This document shows positions 18,304 to 27,396 of a stretch of DNA of 64,000 nt, one piece after another (positions within the stretch are counted from its first letter, which is position 1; each line of letters opens with the position of its first letter). Under the pieces are notes generated by a model. That model was not told where the DNA came from and did no database searches. It saw nothing but the letters and a program-made list of their open reading frames with translations. The stretch is from contig CBDCJH010000002.1 of the NCBI GenBank assembly GCA_965217775.1, positions 5,600,001 through 5,664,000 of the forward strand, in the 5' to 3' direction. This stretch comes from Acidobacteriota bacterium (lineage in GTDB: Bacteria > Acidobacteriota > UBA6911 > RPQK01 > JAJDTT01). Made by a program: the position numbers and the translations under genes.

Positions 18304-19083
18304 GTGACCGTTGTTGTGATCATCTCAGCCAATATTGAATGGAACGCCGTCAGGAGAATTCTTTCCGAAGCTGCCCCCCAAGCATCTCCTTATGGAGAAT
18401 GGTTTGAGACCCAGCTTGACACTGAAGATGCCCGGCAGTCCGTCATACTTTTTCACGGTGGACGGGGCAAGATTTCGGCGGCAGCATCAGCGCAATACGC
18501 GATCGATCGATGGTCTCCGGATCTGGTGGTGAATCTGGGCCCTTGTGGTGGATTTGAGGGAGAGGTCGAAAAGGATGCCGTCGTGCTGGTTGAGCGGACG
18601 GTGGTATATGACATTATCGAGCAGATGGTGGATGCTGAGGAAGCAATCCGAGATTATGCAACGGAGATCGATCTTTCGTGGTTGAGTGAGCCCTATCCCC
18701 ATCCTGTGTTGAGAACCGTTCTGGTATCGGCAGACCGGGATCTCAGGCCGGAAGATATTTCAGACTTGAAGTCCAAATACGGTGCAGTGGCAGGAGATTG
18801 GGAATCGGGTGCAATCGCCTGGGTGGCCAACCGAAACCAGGTCCGATGCCTCATTTTGCGTGGGGTTACGGATCTGGTGGGTGATGGAGGCGGCGAAGCT
18901 TATGCGGGCAGGGTGCAGATCTATGTAGAAAATACGGAGCGGATCATGAACGATCTGGTTCTGAACCTTCCCCAGTGGATAGTATATATGGACGCCAAAA
19001 AATCCGGACCAGTGTACGAAGTTGATAACCGGGTGGTGAGTAGACTGTCGATGACCCAACGATCGAAATGGGATTCCTGTTGA
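18304..19083 (+). CDS. MTA/SAH nucleosidase-like (PNP_UDP_1 family)
   Basis: GRGKISAAAS, VNLGPCGG, GDWESGAIA, LRGVTD motifs; AAGGAG RBS before GTG. Confidence 0.82.
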   Translation: MTVVVIISANIEWNAVRRILSEAAPQASPYGEWFETQLDTEDARQSVILFHGGRGKISAAASAQYAIDRWSPDLVVNLGPCGGFEGEVEKDAVVLVERTVVYDIIEQMVDAEEAIRDYATEIDLSWLSEPYPHPVLRTVLVSADRDLRPEDISDLKSKYGAVAGDWESGAIAWVANRNQVRCLILRGVTDLVGDGGGEAYAGRVQIYVENTERIMNDLVLNLPQWIVYMDAKKSGPVYEVDNRVVSRLSMTQRSKWDSC

Positions 19084-19100
19084 AGGCCGAGCGAGGTTCC

Positions 19101-20738
19101 ATGTCTCTTCCGGGCCGGCGGCTGGTCTGTGCAGGGTTTTTTCTGCTCGGCCTCATTTATTGCGCACACTCGAGCCGCGAGGCCTCGCTTTCAGTTCGCA
19201 TCCTCGATGCCGGCACCGGTCAACCTACGCCGGTGCGGGTCTTGCTGACGGACTCGGACGGCAACACTCCTCGGGTCACGGGGGCCTTGGCGGTCTCGGA
19301 ATCTGCGCTCCCCATCCCGGACGCCGCCATTCCGGTCATGTACGGGCGCTACGATCGCGCGGAAGGGTATCTGCTCCAGCCCGACGGCTCCTTCTATGTC
19401 GATGGGTCCTTCGAGGCACAACTGCCCCCGGGGCCGTATTCGCTCAAGCTGTCCAAGGGATATGAGTTCGTTGCGCAAACCGTGAAGCTCGATCTCAACC
19501 CGGGCGAGAGCCTTTCCCGAGAGTACAAGCTGGAACGATGGATCGACATGCCCCGGCGTGGCTGGTACTCGGGGGACGATCACATTCACCTGCGGCGGTC
19601 GCCGCGCGACGATCCGGCCATTCTTCGCTGGACGGCGGCAGAGGATGTGCACGTGGCGCATCTTCTCCAAATGGGGGATTTCTGGGCGACTTATTACTCT
19701 CAATATGCTTGGGGCGGCAGGGGCCGTTACCGCGAAGGGGACTACATCCTCTCGCCCGGTCAGGAAGGCCCCCGGACGCCCGAGATCGGTCACACTATTT
19801 CGCTCGGTGCGGAAGAGTTCGTGCGATTTCGGGACGACTACTACAATTACGGCCGTGTTTTCGACCAGGTGCACGAGCTGGGAGGCATTACCGGCTTCGC
19901 CCATCAAGCGATGACCTTTCACGGTTATCGTGGAATGACACTCAACGTGTTGCGAGGGAAGCTTGATTTTCTCGAGGTGATGCAGTTCTGTCCACGGGAA
20001 GGGCCGCTGGCGCTGAAGCACTATTATCATTTCCTGGATCTTGGATATCAGCTTACGGCGTTAGGTGGCTCAGACTTTCCCTGGTGTGGGCGAGGACCTC
20101 GCTTCGGCCTGGAAGAGGGGTGTTCCCAGATCGGCGACGCCCGGTTCTACACCTATACCGGCGACAGCCTCTCGTTTGACCGCTGGCTGCAGGGCGTCAA
20201 GGCCGGCCGCACCTTCGTTACCAGCGGACCGATGCTGGAGTTTACGGTGAACGACCGGCTTCCCGGAGCGACGCTGGATGTCGAATCGGGCACTGTAATC
20301 AGGATCTCAGCCAAAGCCTACGGGAAGGCGTCTCAGATCCCCTTACGCCAACTGGAAATCGTAGGGCATTCCAAAACGCTGAAGAAAGTCTCTGCGGGGG
20401 AGCCGGGACAGAGTGAAGAGTTGCTCTCTATAGAGATGGAGTTGCCGGTGACACGTGGGATCTGGGTCGCCGCCCGGACCGATGCCGCCCACACCCAAGT
20501 CGCCCATACGACGCCAGTCTACGTCAGAGTGAACGGAGCGAGCTTCCACAACCCGGCAACGGCTGATCACAACCTCGAGCTTTGTCGCAGCTACCTGAAG
20601 GAGTTGGAAGAGGATCTGGCCCATCCGGGGGAAAGAAACGACAATCAGGCTGTCCGACACAAACAGAACCTGGAACGGCAGATCGTTGAAACCAGAGCCG
20701 CGCTAAAGCACTTGGCATCGCGTCTGGGCCGGGAATGA
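19101..20738 (+). CDS. CehA/McbA-family PHP-like metallohydrolase
   Basis: GWYSGDDHIH, GFAH, GGSDFP, GRTFVTSGP, AHTTPVYV motifs. Confidence 0.85.
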   Translation: MSLPGRRLVCAGFFLLGLIYCAHSSREASLSVRILDAGTGQPTPVRVLLTDSDGNTPRVTGALAVSESALPIPDAAIPVMYGRYDRAEGYLLQPDGSFYVDGSFEAQLPPGPYSLKLSKGYEFVAQTVKLDLNPGESLSREYKLERWIDMPRRGWYSGDDHIHLRRSPRDDPAILRWTAAEDVHVAHLLQMGDFWATYYSQYAWGGRGRYREGDYILSPGQEGPRTPEIGHTISLGAEEFVRFRDDYYNYGRVFDQVHELGGITGFAHQAMTFHGYRGMTLNVLRGKLDFLEVMQFCPREGPLALKHYYHFLDLGYQLTALGGSDFPWCGRGPRFGLEEGCSQIGDARFYTYTGDSLSFDRWLQGVKAGRTFVTSGPMLEFTVNDRLPGATLDVESGTVIRISAKAYGKASQIPLRQLEIVGHSKTLKKVSAGEPGQSEELLSIEMELPVTRGIWVAARTDAAHTQVAHTTPVYVRVNGASFHNPATADHNLELCRSYLKELEEDLAHPGERNDNQAVRHKQNLERQIVETRAALKHLASRLGRE

Positions 20739-20867
20739 CTTTGCCCGCGGCGATGAAGCAAAACTCTTGTGGGGCCGCTGTCCGGCCGCCCCTGGTTCGG
20801 CCCTGATCTTGAAGGTGACGCCGCTCCAGACGACTGCGTCCGGTTGGGGTAGAATGGAAACCTCAAG

Positions 20868-22469
20868 ATGAAGCAGGCGGCAGCGGCCATTTGTTTCCTG
20901 GCCTTCACACTCTCCTCCCTGTTTTCCCTGCCGCATGCGTTCGCCCAATCGCAGGAAGAGCAGATCGATCCCTATGCAAAGTGGCTGAAGGAGGACGTCT
21001 TCTACATCATCACCGACGACGAGAAGAACGTCTTCCAGAAGCTGACGACGGCCGTCGAAAAGGAGAACTTCATCGAACAATTCTGGCGGCGGAGAGATCC
21101 GGACCGCTCCACCAACGAGAACGAGTTCAAGGAAGAGCACTATCGACGCATCGCGTACTCCAACGAGAATTTCCGGTACGCCGGAATCTCCGGGTGGGTG
21201 ACGGATCGGGGCCGCGTCTACATCATTTTCGGTGAGCCCCAGAGCCGCGAGCGATACTCGTCGGGATCCATGTATTTCCGGCCCCTGACCGAGGGCGGCG
21301 GGAGGACTCGAACCTTCCCCTACGAGAGGTGGCACTACAACCACCTGCCGGGAATCGGTCAGGGAATCGATCTGGAATTCGTCGATCGGTCCCAGACCGG
21401 CGACTACAAGTTGGCCTTGCGCCCCGAGGAAAAGGACGCCCTGCTGATGATTCCGGCAGGCGGTTGGACGTTCTACGAAATGATCGGTGCGGAGACCCGG
21501 GCCGGGCGGCTCATCACCAGGGATCTGATGCGAACTTCAGGGTTCGACGGGGAAGGACATCACCGTACGTCATCGAATCCCTTTCGGATGCTGGAAACCT
21601 ATTTTCAGGTCCAGAGGCCTCCCAAGATCAAGTTCGAGGATCTCCGGGCCGCGGTCCTGACTCGGATCACTTACGACGAGCTTGCCTTGCAGGTGACCGA
21701 TTCCTACCAGGTGTTGAACCAGAAGACATTCCTGGTGCCGGTGACCGTAGTGGTGCCAGGTGCGCAGTTGACCTACGAGGACATGGCTGACGGGACGCGC
21801 CGCGCCACGATCGAGCTGTACGGGTCCATCACCGCATTGGGTGGCCGGGTGGTCCACGAGTTCGAGGAATCGATCTACCGGGACCTGAAGAGCGAACGGG
21901 AACGCGTTGCTCGTGACGTCTATTTCCAGAAGAAGCTTCCCCTCCCTCCCGGGCTCTACAAACTCAACGTCATCGTCCGCGATCACCAGAGCGGCCGGAT
22001 GGGAGCGATCCAACGGCGGCTGGGTCTTCCCATGAAGGTGGCCAGTAATTTGAATCTCTCTTCTCTGACTTTGGCCGAATACATCGTCCCGGCGAAGGGG
22101 GAAACGCTCTCTGCGCCTTTCGTCACGCCGCTCGGCTGGAAAGTCTACCCCTCGATGGACGGAGAGTTTCAGCCCGGAGATCCGCTGGGAACCTATTTCG
22201 AGATCTACGGTTACGCCGTCGACGGCAGCACCCAGGCTCCGGATCTGGGTATTCACACAAAGATCTGGAACCGGAAAGGCAAGGCGATTCTCGAGTCTCC
22301 CGGACAGAATCAGGTCGTTCCCTTCTCCGACCGGGTGCTGGTCGCTCAGGTCTTCGACCTCAAGTCATTGGAACCGGGAGATTACCGGTTGGAGATCAAG
22401 GTCGAGGATCGGATCGGCGGCGCGGCCGCGGCCGGGGAGGCCCTCTTCCAGGTCAAGCCTCCGGAATAG
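20868..22469 (+). CDS. GWxTD-domain protein
   Basis: KWLKEDVFYII..FWRRRDP..EHYRRIAY..GWVTDRGRVYI. Confidence 0.92.
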   Translation: MKQAAAAICFLAFTLSSLFSLPHAFAQSQEEQIDPYAKWLKEDVFYIITDDEKNVFQKLTTAVEKENFIEQFWRRRDPDRSTNENEFKEEHYRRIAYSNENFRYAGISGWVTDRGRVYIIFGEPQSRERYSSGSMYFRPLTEGGGRTRTFPYERWHYNHLPGIGQGIDLEFVDRSQTGDYKLALRPEEKDALLMIPAGGWTFYEMIGAETRAGRLITRDLMRTSGFDGEGHHRTSSNPFRMLETYFQVQRPPKIKFEDLRAAVLTRITYDELALQVTDSYQVLNQKTFLVPVTVVVPGAQLTYEDMADGTRRATIELYGSITALGGRVVHEFEESIYRDLKSERERVARDVYFQKKLPLPPGLYKLNVIVRDHQSGRMGAIQRRLGLPMKVASNLNLSSLTLAEYIVPAKGETLSAPFVTPLGWKVYPSMDGEFQPGDPLGTYFEIYGYAVDGSTQAPDLGIHTKIWNRKGKAILESPGQNQVVPFSDRVLVAQVFDLKSLEPGDYRLEIKVEDRIGGAAAAGEALFQVKPPE

Positions 22470-22472
22470 GTG

Positions 22473-22496
22473 GGAGCGGCGGCTTTCTTGCCGCCG
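22473..22496 (+). repeat. GGAG-tagged REP hairpin
   Basis: GGAG CGGCGGC TTTCTT GCCGCCG, just after a stop codon. Confidence 0.8.
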
Positions 22497-22592
22497 AACT
22501 CCCAAAGCATCAGACGGGCAACAAAATTCGTTTGACGAAACCGCAACAACGGAGAATGCCGCCATTTTTCTTTCCAAAGGGAGATTCTGACC

Positions 22593-24032
22593 ATGTCATC
22601 GACCCTCTACGCAGGCGTTGCCCGGCGTGTGATCAATCCCGAGATCGGCACGGCCATGGGAGGACTGAGACTGTTCGGGAGTCCGATCCAGGCCATCGAG
22701 AGCGACTTGACGGGAACCGTTCTGGTGCTGTCGAACCAGACCACCAAGGTGGCCATCGCCGCTCTGGATCTTGCCGTGCTCTCCCCGGCCGAGGGCCTCG
22801 CCATGCGCAAGAGCATGGGAAACGCCATCGGTGTCCCCGCGACCAACGTCATGCTGAATCTGAGCCACAACCACAGCTCGCCCTGTCTGCCCGGTTGGGT
22901 TCCGGACACCGACGAGCAGACCCGGCTGAAGACTCGATACCGGGACCACCTGAATGAGTGGCTCGTAGAGGCGGTGCAAGAGGCAGATTCCGGTCTCCAA
23001 CCGGCGCGCATCGGTGTCGGCTGGGGAGAGAGCGACATTGGGATGTATCGGCGTGAGACCGGACCCGACGGCCGGGACGTCTTGGGGGAAGTGCCGGAGC
23101 ACCCCATCGATCCGGCCGTGGGTGTGGTCCGGGTGGACGACCTGGACGGCAACCCCATCGCGGTCCTGTTCAGCTATGGTTGCCATCCGGTCACGGTAGG
23201 ACCACGTTCCATGGTGGCCTCGACCGACTTTCCCGGTCCGGCGCGAGAGGTGTTGGAGACGTGCCTGGGTACGACGGCGGTCTTCCTGCAGGCGTGCGGG
23301 GGCAACATCAATCCCCGGCCCGGTATCGGTTACGAGGTGGATTGCCGGGACGTGAAGGAGCGTATCGGAAAGGCCTTGGGGGCAGAGGCTCTACGGGTCG
23401 CTGCCGGGATCCGGACCCACCTGGAGCCCGGAGATCGAATCCCGTTCGGCAACATTCCAAACATCCTGTTCAGGCCCTGGCTGCACCTGCAAGGGGACAC
23501 CTGCAGCTACCTGGGGGCCGTTGAAGAGACCATCGGGCTCGAATACGGGACTCTTCCTTCCCGCGAGGACGCTCAGCGGATCCGCGACCAATGGAAAGCC
23601 GAGCTGGAGCGGCGAAAAACCGGCAATGCGCAGCAGTGGGAGATTCGTGTCGCGGCCCGGTTTGCAGAGTGGTCCGAGAATCTGCTGGCGGCTGCCATAG
23701 CGGACAAACCGACGCTGGATTTGGAGGCGCAGGCCATTCGGGTCAATGACATCGTCCTGGTGGGCATGAACATGGAGATCTTCTTCGAGACCGGACTGGC
23801 CATCAAGGCGCGGTCGCCCCTGAAGCACACTCTCCCGTTGGGGTACACCAACAGCTCCATCAGCTACCTGCCCCGAGAAGCGGACTATCCCGAGGGCGGA
23901 TGGCAACTGGGTGAGACCTACCACGTGCCGGACCTGTTCTTCCAATCCTATACCGTGCCGGTCGCACCGCGGCCCGATGCCGAGCAGAACGTCGTCGAGA
24001 GAGTGTCGGCGCTGGTTCGGAAGCTGGTGTAG
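22593..24032 (+). CDS. Neutral/alkaline ceramidase-like hydrolase
   Basis: SHNHSSP, YGCHPV, STDFPG, FLQACGGNINP motifs. Confidence 0.8.
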   Translation: MSSTLYAGVARRVINPEIGTAMGGLRLFGSPIQAIESDLTGTVLVLSNQTTKVAIAALDLAVLSPAEGLAMRKSMGNAIGVPATNVMLNLSHNHSSPCLPGWVPDTDEQTRLKTRYRDHLNEWLVEAVQEADSGLQPARIGVGWGESDIGMYRRETGPDGRDVLGEVPEHPIDPAVGVVRVDDLDGNPIAVLFSYGCHPVTVGPRSMVASTDFPGPAREVLETCLGTTAVFLQACGGNINPRPGIGYEVDCRDVKERIGKALGAEALRVAAGIRTHLEPGDRIPFGNIPNILFRPWLHLQGDTCSYLGAVEETIGLEYGTLPSREDAQRIRDQWKAELERRKTGNAQQWEIRVAARFAEWSENLLAAAIADKPTLDLEAQAIRVNDIVLVGMNMEIFFETGLAIKARSPLKHTLPLGYTNSSISYLPREADYPEGGWQLGETYHVPDLFFQSYTVPVAPRPDAEQNVVERVSALVRKLV

Positions 24033-24037
24033 CCGCC

Positions 24038-24865
24038 CTAACCTGAAGCGCTCAGGTAATCCATCCTTCCCCCGTCGACGGTCAGAATCTGGCCGGTCAC
24101 GAAGCGGGCCTCGGAGGAGGCGAGGAAGGCCACTGCGGCGGCGATGTCGGCCGGTTCACCGATCCGTCCCAGGACGCTGCGTCCGGCGAACTCTTGAATG
24201 ACCCGCTCCAATTCCTGGGGGGGGGTGAGCTGCACCAGGAGATCGGTTCGAACCAGACCGGGCGCCACGGAATTGACGTTGATGTTGTCGGGGCCGAGTT
24301 CCAGGGCGAAGCGTTTGGTCAGGTTCATGACGGCCGCCTTGGTCGCGCTGTAAAAGGTCCTCAGTGGGGAGATGTTGCCAAAGCCGGCGATGGAGGCGAT
24401 GTTGACGATGGAGCCGGAACGCCGTTTCCGCATCTGCGGCAGGACCGCCCGGGTGCAGTTGATGATTCCCCGGACGTTGACCCCCCACATGGCATCCAGG
24501 TCCCGCTCCAGGTCCTCATCGGAGGCGTATGAGGTCAGGTCCCCGTCGAGCACGATGCCGGCGTTGTTGACCAGGACGTCGATGCGGGAAAATCTCTCCA
24601 GAATCCGGTCGACCATGGCCTGGACGGTGGAGCGATCGGAGACGTCCGCCTGCACCGCCTCAGCCTCGGTTCCGAGGCGGTTCACTTGCTCGACGGTCTC
24701 GGCGGCGGCCGGCTCGTTGCTCACGAAGTTGATCCCGACCCGGGCGCCTTCCTGAGCCAGACGCAGGGACACGGCCCGGCCGATCCCTCGCGACCCCCCG
24801 GTCACGAGAGCCACCTTTCCCCGGAATCTCCGACCTGGATTGCCGCTGTCGGTCCGCGTCGTCAT
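24038..24865 (-). CDS. SDR-family oxidoreductase
   Basis: TGGSRGIG, NNAG and YSATK motifs. Confidence 0.93.
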   Translation of the reverse strand: MTTRTDSGNPGRRFRGKVALVTGGSRGIGRAVSLRLAQEGARVGINFVSNEPAAAETVEQVNRLGTEAEAVQADVSDRSTVQAMVDRILERFSRIDVLVNNAGIVLDGDLTSYASDEDLERDLDAMWGVNVRGIINCTRAVLPQMRKRRSGSIVNIASIAGFGNISPLRTFYSATKAAVMNLTKRFALELGPDNINVNSVAPGLVRTDLLVQLTPPQELERVIQEFAGRSVLGRIGEPADIAAAVAFLASSEARFVTGQILTVDGGRMDYLSASG

Positions 24866-25080
24866 CGGGCTTCTCTCCGGTAGCCTATCAGTCCCGCTTG
24901 CCGCCATCAAAATGGGGGATCGAATCCCGCCCAATGAGCCCCGGCGGGGAAGACATTTCTTGCCAGGATAGTCTAGAATTGTTCCTGGTTGGCTCGCTCT
25001 CGGCCCGGGAGGGCGTGGCTTACTGTCAAAGTCCGAGACCCGAATCGCGGGGGAGTCCCAAGTTCAAGGGAGACAGCCCT

Positions 25081-27396
25081 TTGTCCTCTGTCAGACGTCG
25101 ACTCGCAGTCCTGATCCTCCTGCCGGTGATCGGCACTGGGATCTTGAACGGGAATGACAAGGGTGTTCGCCTTCCCCACCTGGAAGCCATGCGTCCCATT
25201 GGGGGGCAGGCTGGCGCCCAGGTCGAGGTCGTACTTCTGGGAGACATGCTCTCCAACGCCGAATCGGTCGAGTTCGATTGCGAAGATCTCGACTTCACCT
25301 TGACCAAGGCGACGGCGGAACGAATCGAGGGAACGATCCGGATCTCGAAGCATGCCCCCCTGGGACAGCACATCTTGAGGGCCAAGACCAAGGACGGCTA
25401 CACCACCGCCCTCTGGTTCACGGTGGGGCAATTCGAACCGGTTCCCGAACAGGAGCCCAACGAGACCCTCGCCGGCGCTCAAGCCATCTCTCCACCCTGT
25501 GAGATCTACGGGACCATGGAGAAGAAAGAGCGCGATTTCTATGCTCTCAAGGCGAAGAAGGGGGACCGTTGGATCTTCGAAGTTCGGAGCATCCAGTTCG
25601 GATCCATGTTCGAAAGCTATCTCAATCTGCGAGACGAAACCGGGAGAGAACTGGTCTTCAACGACGATCGCGCCGATTTCGACGTGAACTCGCTGATCGA
25701 TCACACGTTCGAGAAAGACGGCACCCATTTCATCGAGGTCGATTCTTTCCGGGGCGTTCGGGGGTGGGGTTTCACCAAGAACAACGGATACGTTCTGCGT
25801 GTCTCCCGGGTCCCCCTGATCGACCACGTCTCGCCTCTGGGAGGCCGCGCGGGCAGCCGGGTCACCGTCCGGTTTTCGGGTCGGGGCTTGCAGCAGGTGG
25901 AACAGGTCTACCTGTCACCCACGCGCCGGGGGGAGCATGTCACCCTGACGATTCCTTGGACCATGGACGTCCGATTCGCCGACGATTATTCCACCGCGTC
26001 GGCCATCCCCAGGGTGGAGGGGAACATTCTGCGTCGAGCATCTGAGGCTATGGAAGTCGAGTTCGACCTGCCGGAGGAACCACTGGGCATCTGGTCGCTC
26101 TTTGTGAAGGACACGAATGGGATCGCGGATCCCAAGTATTTCGAGGTCACACAGTCAGAGGAGATCGCGGAAACCGAATCCAATGACCGGCGCGACGAAC
26201 CGCAGGAATTGCCTTTTTCGGTCGGCAAGAACTTGGTGGTCAACGGCAGGCTTGAGCGGCGAGAGGTTACGGAGCTGAGTCAGGACAAGGATTTCTATGC
26301 CCTCGACGCCAAGCAGGGCGTGTCGCTACGGATTCACACCAACGCCTACCAGCTCCTGTCGCCCAGTATCGACACCGTCGTCAGCCTGTTCGATACGGAC
26401 GGAAAACTGTTGGCGGAGAGTGACGATCTGACGCACGGTCGTGGGTTCTACACGGGAAGTGTCGACAGCAACCTGTATTACATCCCCGAACGGGATCAAA
26501 AGCTCGTCATCTCCGTATCGGACCGGGTCGGCCGAGGCGGTCCCGGGTATGACTACCGTCTCCATGTCAAGTCGGAGGAGCCGGGGTTTCTCCTCATCGT
26601 CTCCCCGCAGTTCGGACTACAATCGATCTCCCTGTCCAACTTCACCGTGGAGCAGGGGGGAGAGAGCAACATGGTGGTGGGCATGATCCGGATGCCCCCC
26701 AAGATTCATTCCGACGATCCAGTTCCCGCCGCCCTGGCCCCGCCTCCCGGGGCCGTTATGGAAGGGGAGGTTCGGGTCTGGGTCGAGGGGCTTCCGCCGG
26801 GGGTGACCGCCGAGGAGCATCGGTTTCGCGCCGATGAGATCGTCGAGCCGGGCGGGGATGGAGCCACCTTCATGGTGCCGGAACGGCTGCTCACGATTCG
26901 CGCCGGTGACGCGGTGCCGCCTGGAACTTACCCCTTTCGTGTTTTGGGCGAAGTCGTTGGAAATGAAGGGGTCACCGCAGTCGGCAGAGCCATGGACTCC
27001 ATGGGCGGCATCACCGAGCTGTACAATTTTCCGGGCCGGCCCGTCGCCGAAACGGCTCTCACCGTCATCGAGCCGGGTGCGGTGACCGTTGAACTGGATG
27101 CGAAAGAGGACAAAGTCGTGGTGATGCAGGGGGAGACCTCCCTGGTCGGGATCAAGAACCGGCTACCCGTCGGGGCGGGCGATAAACCGAGCGTCTGGCT
27201 GACGAACGCCCCTGAAGGTGTTTCGGCGCATCTGGATTCGGACCCGGAGGGGAACCTGCTCGTGGGCTTCCGGGCGGCGGAGGAGACGGGGATCGAGTCC
27301 ACCGAGAATGTCTACGTTGAGTTCGACGTCGGCAGGCGAGTCGTCTCGAGCCACCGCTTTACCGTCCAGGTCGTTGCGAGGGAGCATATGCCGTGA
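25081..27396 (+). CDS. PPC-domain (pre-peptidase C-terminal) repeat protein
   Basis: EQEPNET/ETESND..D.Y..G.LLAESDD repeats; TTG start inferred; first gene of the DUF1549-DUF1501 operon. Confidence 0.75.
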   Translation: MSSVRRRLAVLILLPVIGTGILNGNDKGVRLPHLEAMRPIGGQAGAQVEVVLLGDMLSNAESVEFDCEDLDFTLTKATAERIEGTIRISKHAPLGQHILRAKTKDGYTTALWFTVGQFEPVPEQEPNETLAGAQAISPPCEIYGTMEKKERDFYALKAKKGDRWIFEVRSIQFGSMFESYLNLRDETGRELVFNDDRADFDVNSLIDHTFEKDGTHFIEVDSFRGVRGWGFTKNNGYVLRVSRVPLIDHVSPLGGRAGSRVTVRFSGRGLQQVEQVYLSPTRRGEHVTLTIPWTMDVRFADDYSTASAIPRVEGNILRRASEAMEVEFDLPEEPLGIWSLFVKDTNGIADPKYFEVTQSEEIAETESNDRRDEPQELPFSVGKNLVVNGRLERREVTELSQDKDFYALDAKQGVSLRIHTNAYQLLSPSIDTVVSLFDTDGKLLAESDDLTHGRGFYTGSVDSNLYYIPERDQKLVISVSDRVGRGGPGYDYRLHVKSEEPGFLLIVSPQFGLQSISLSNFTVEQGGESNMVVGMIRMPPKIHSDDPVPAALAPPPGAVMEGEVRVWVEGLPPGVTAEEHRFRADEIVEPGGDGATFMVPERLLTIRAGDAVPPGTYPFRVLGEVVGNEGVTAVGRAMDSMGGITELYNFPGRPVAETALTVIEPGAVTVELDAKEDKVVVMQGETSLVGIKNRLPVGAGDKPSVWLTNAPEGVSAHLDSDPEGNLLVGFRAAEETGIESTENVYVEFDVGRRVVSSHRFTVQVVAREHMP

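Noticed and set aside
20736-20868. The TGA of the CehA-like gene is in frame with the GWxTD gene
   Set aside because: A second in-frame TGA follows within six codons, and the GWxTD gene has its own signal peptide.
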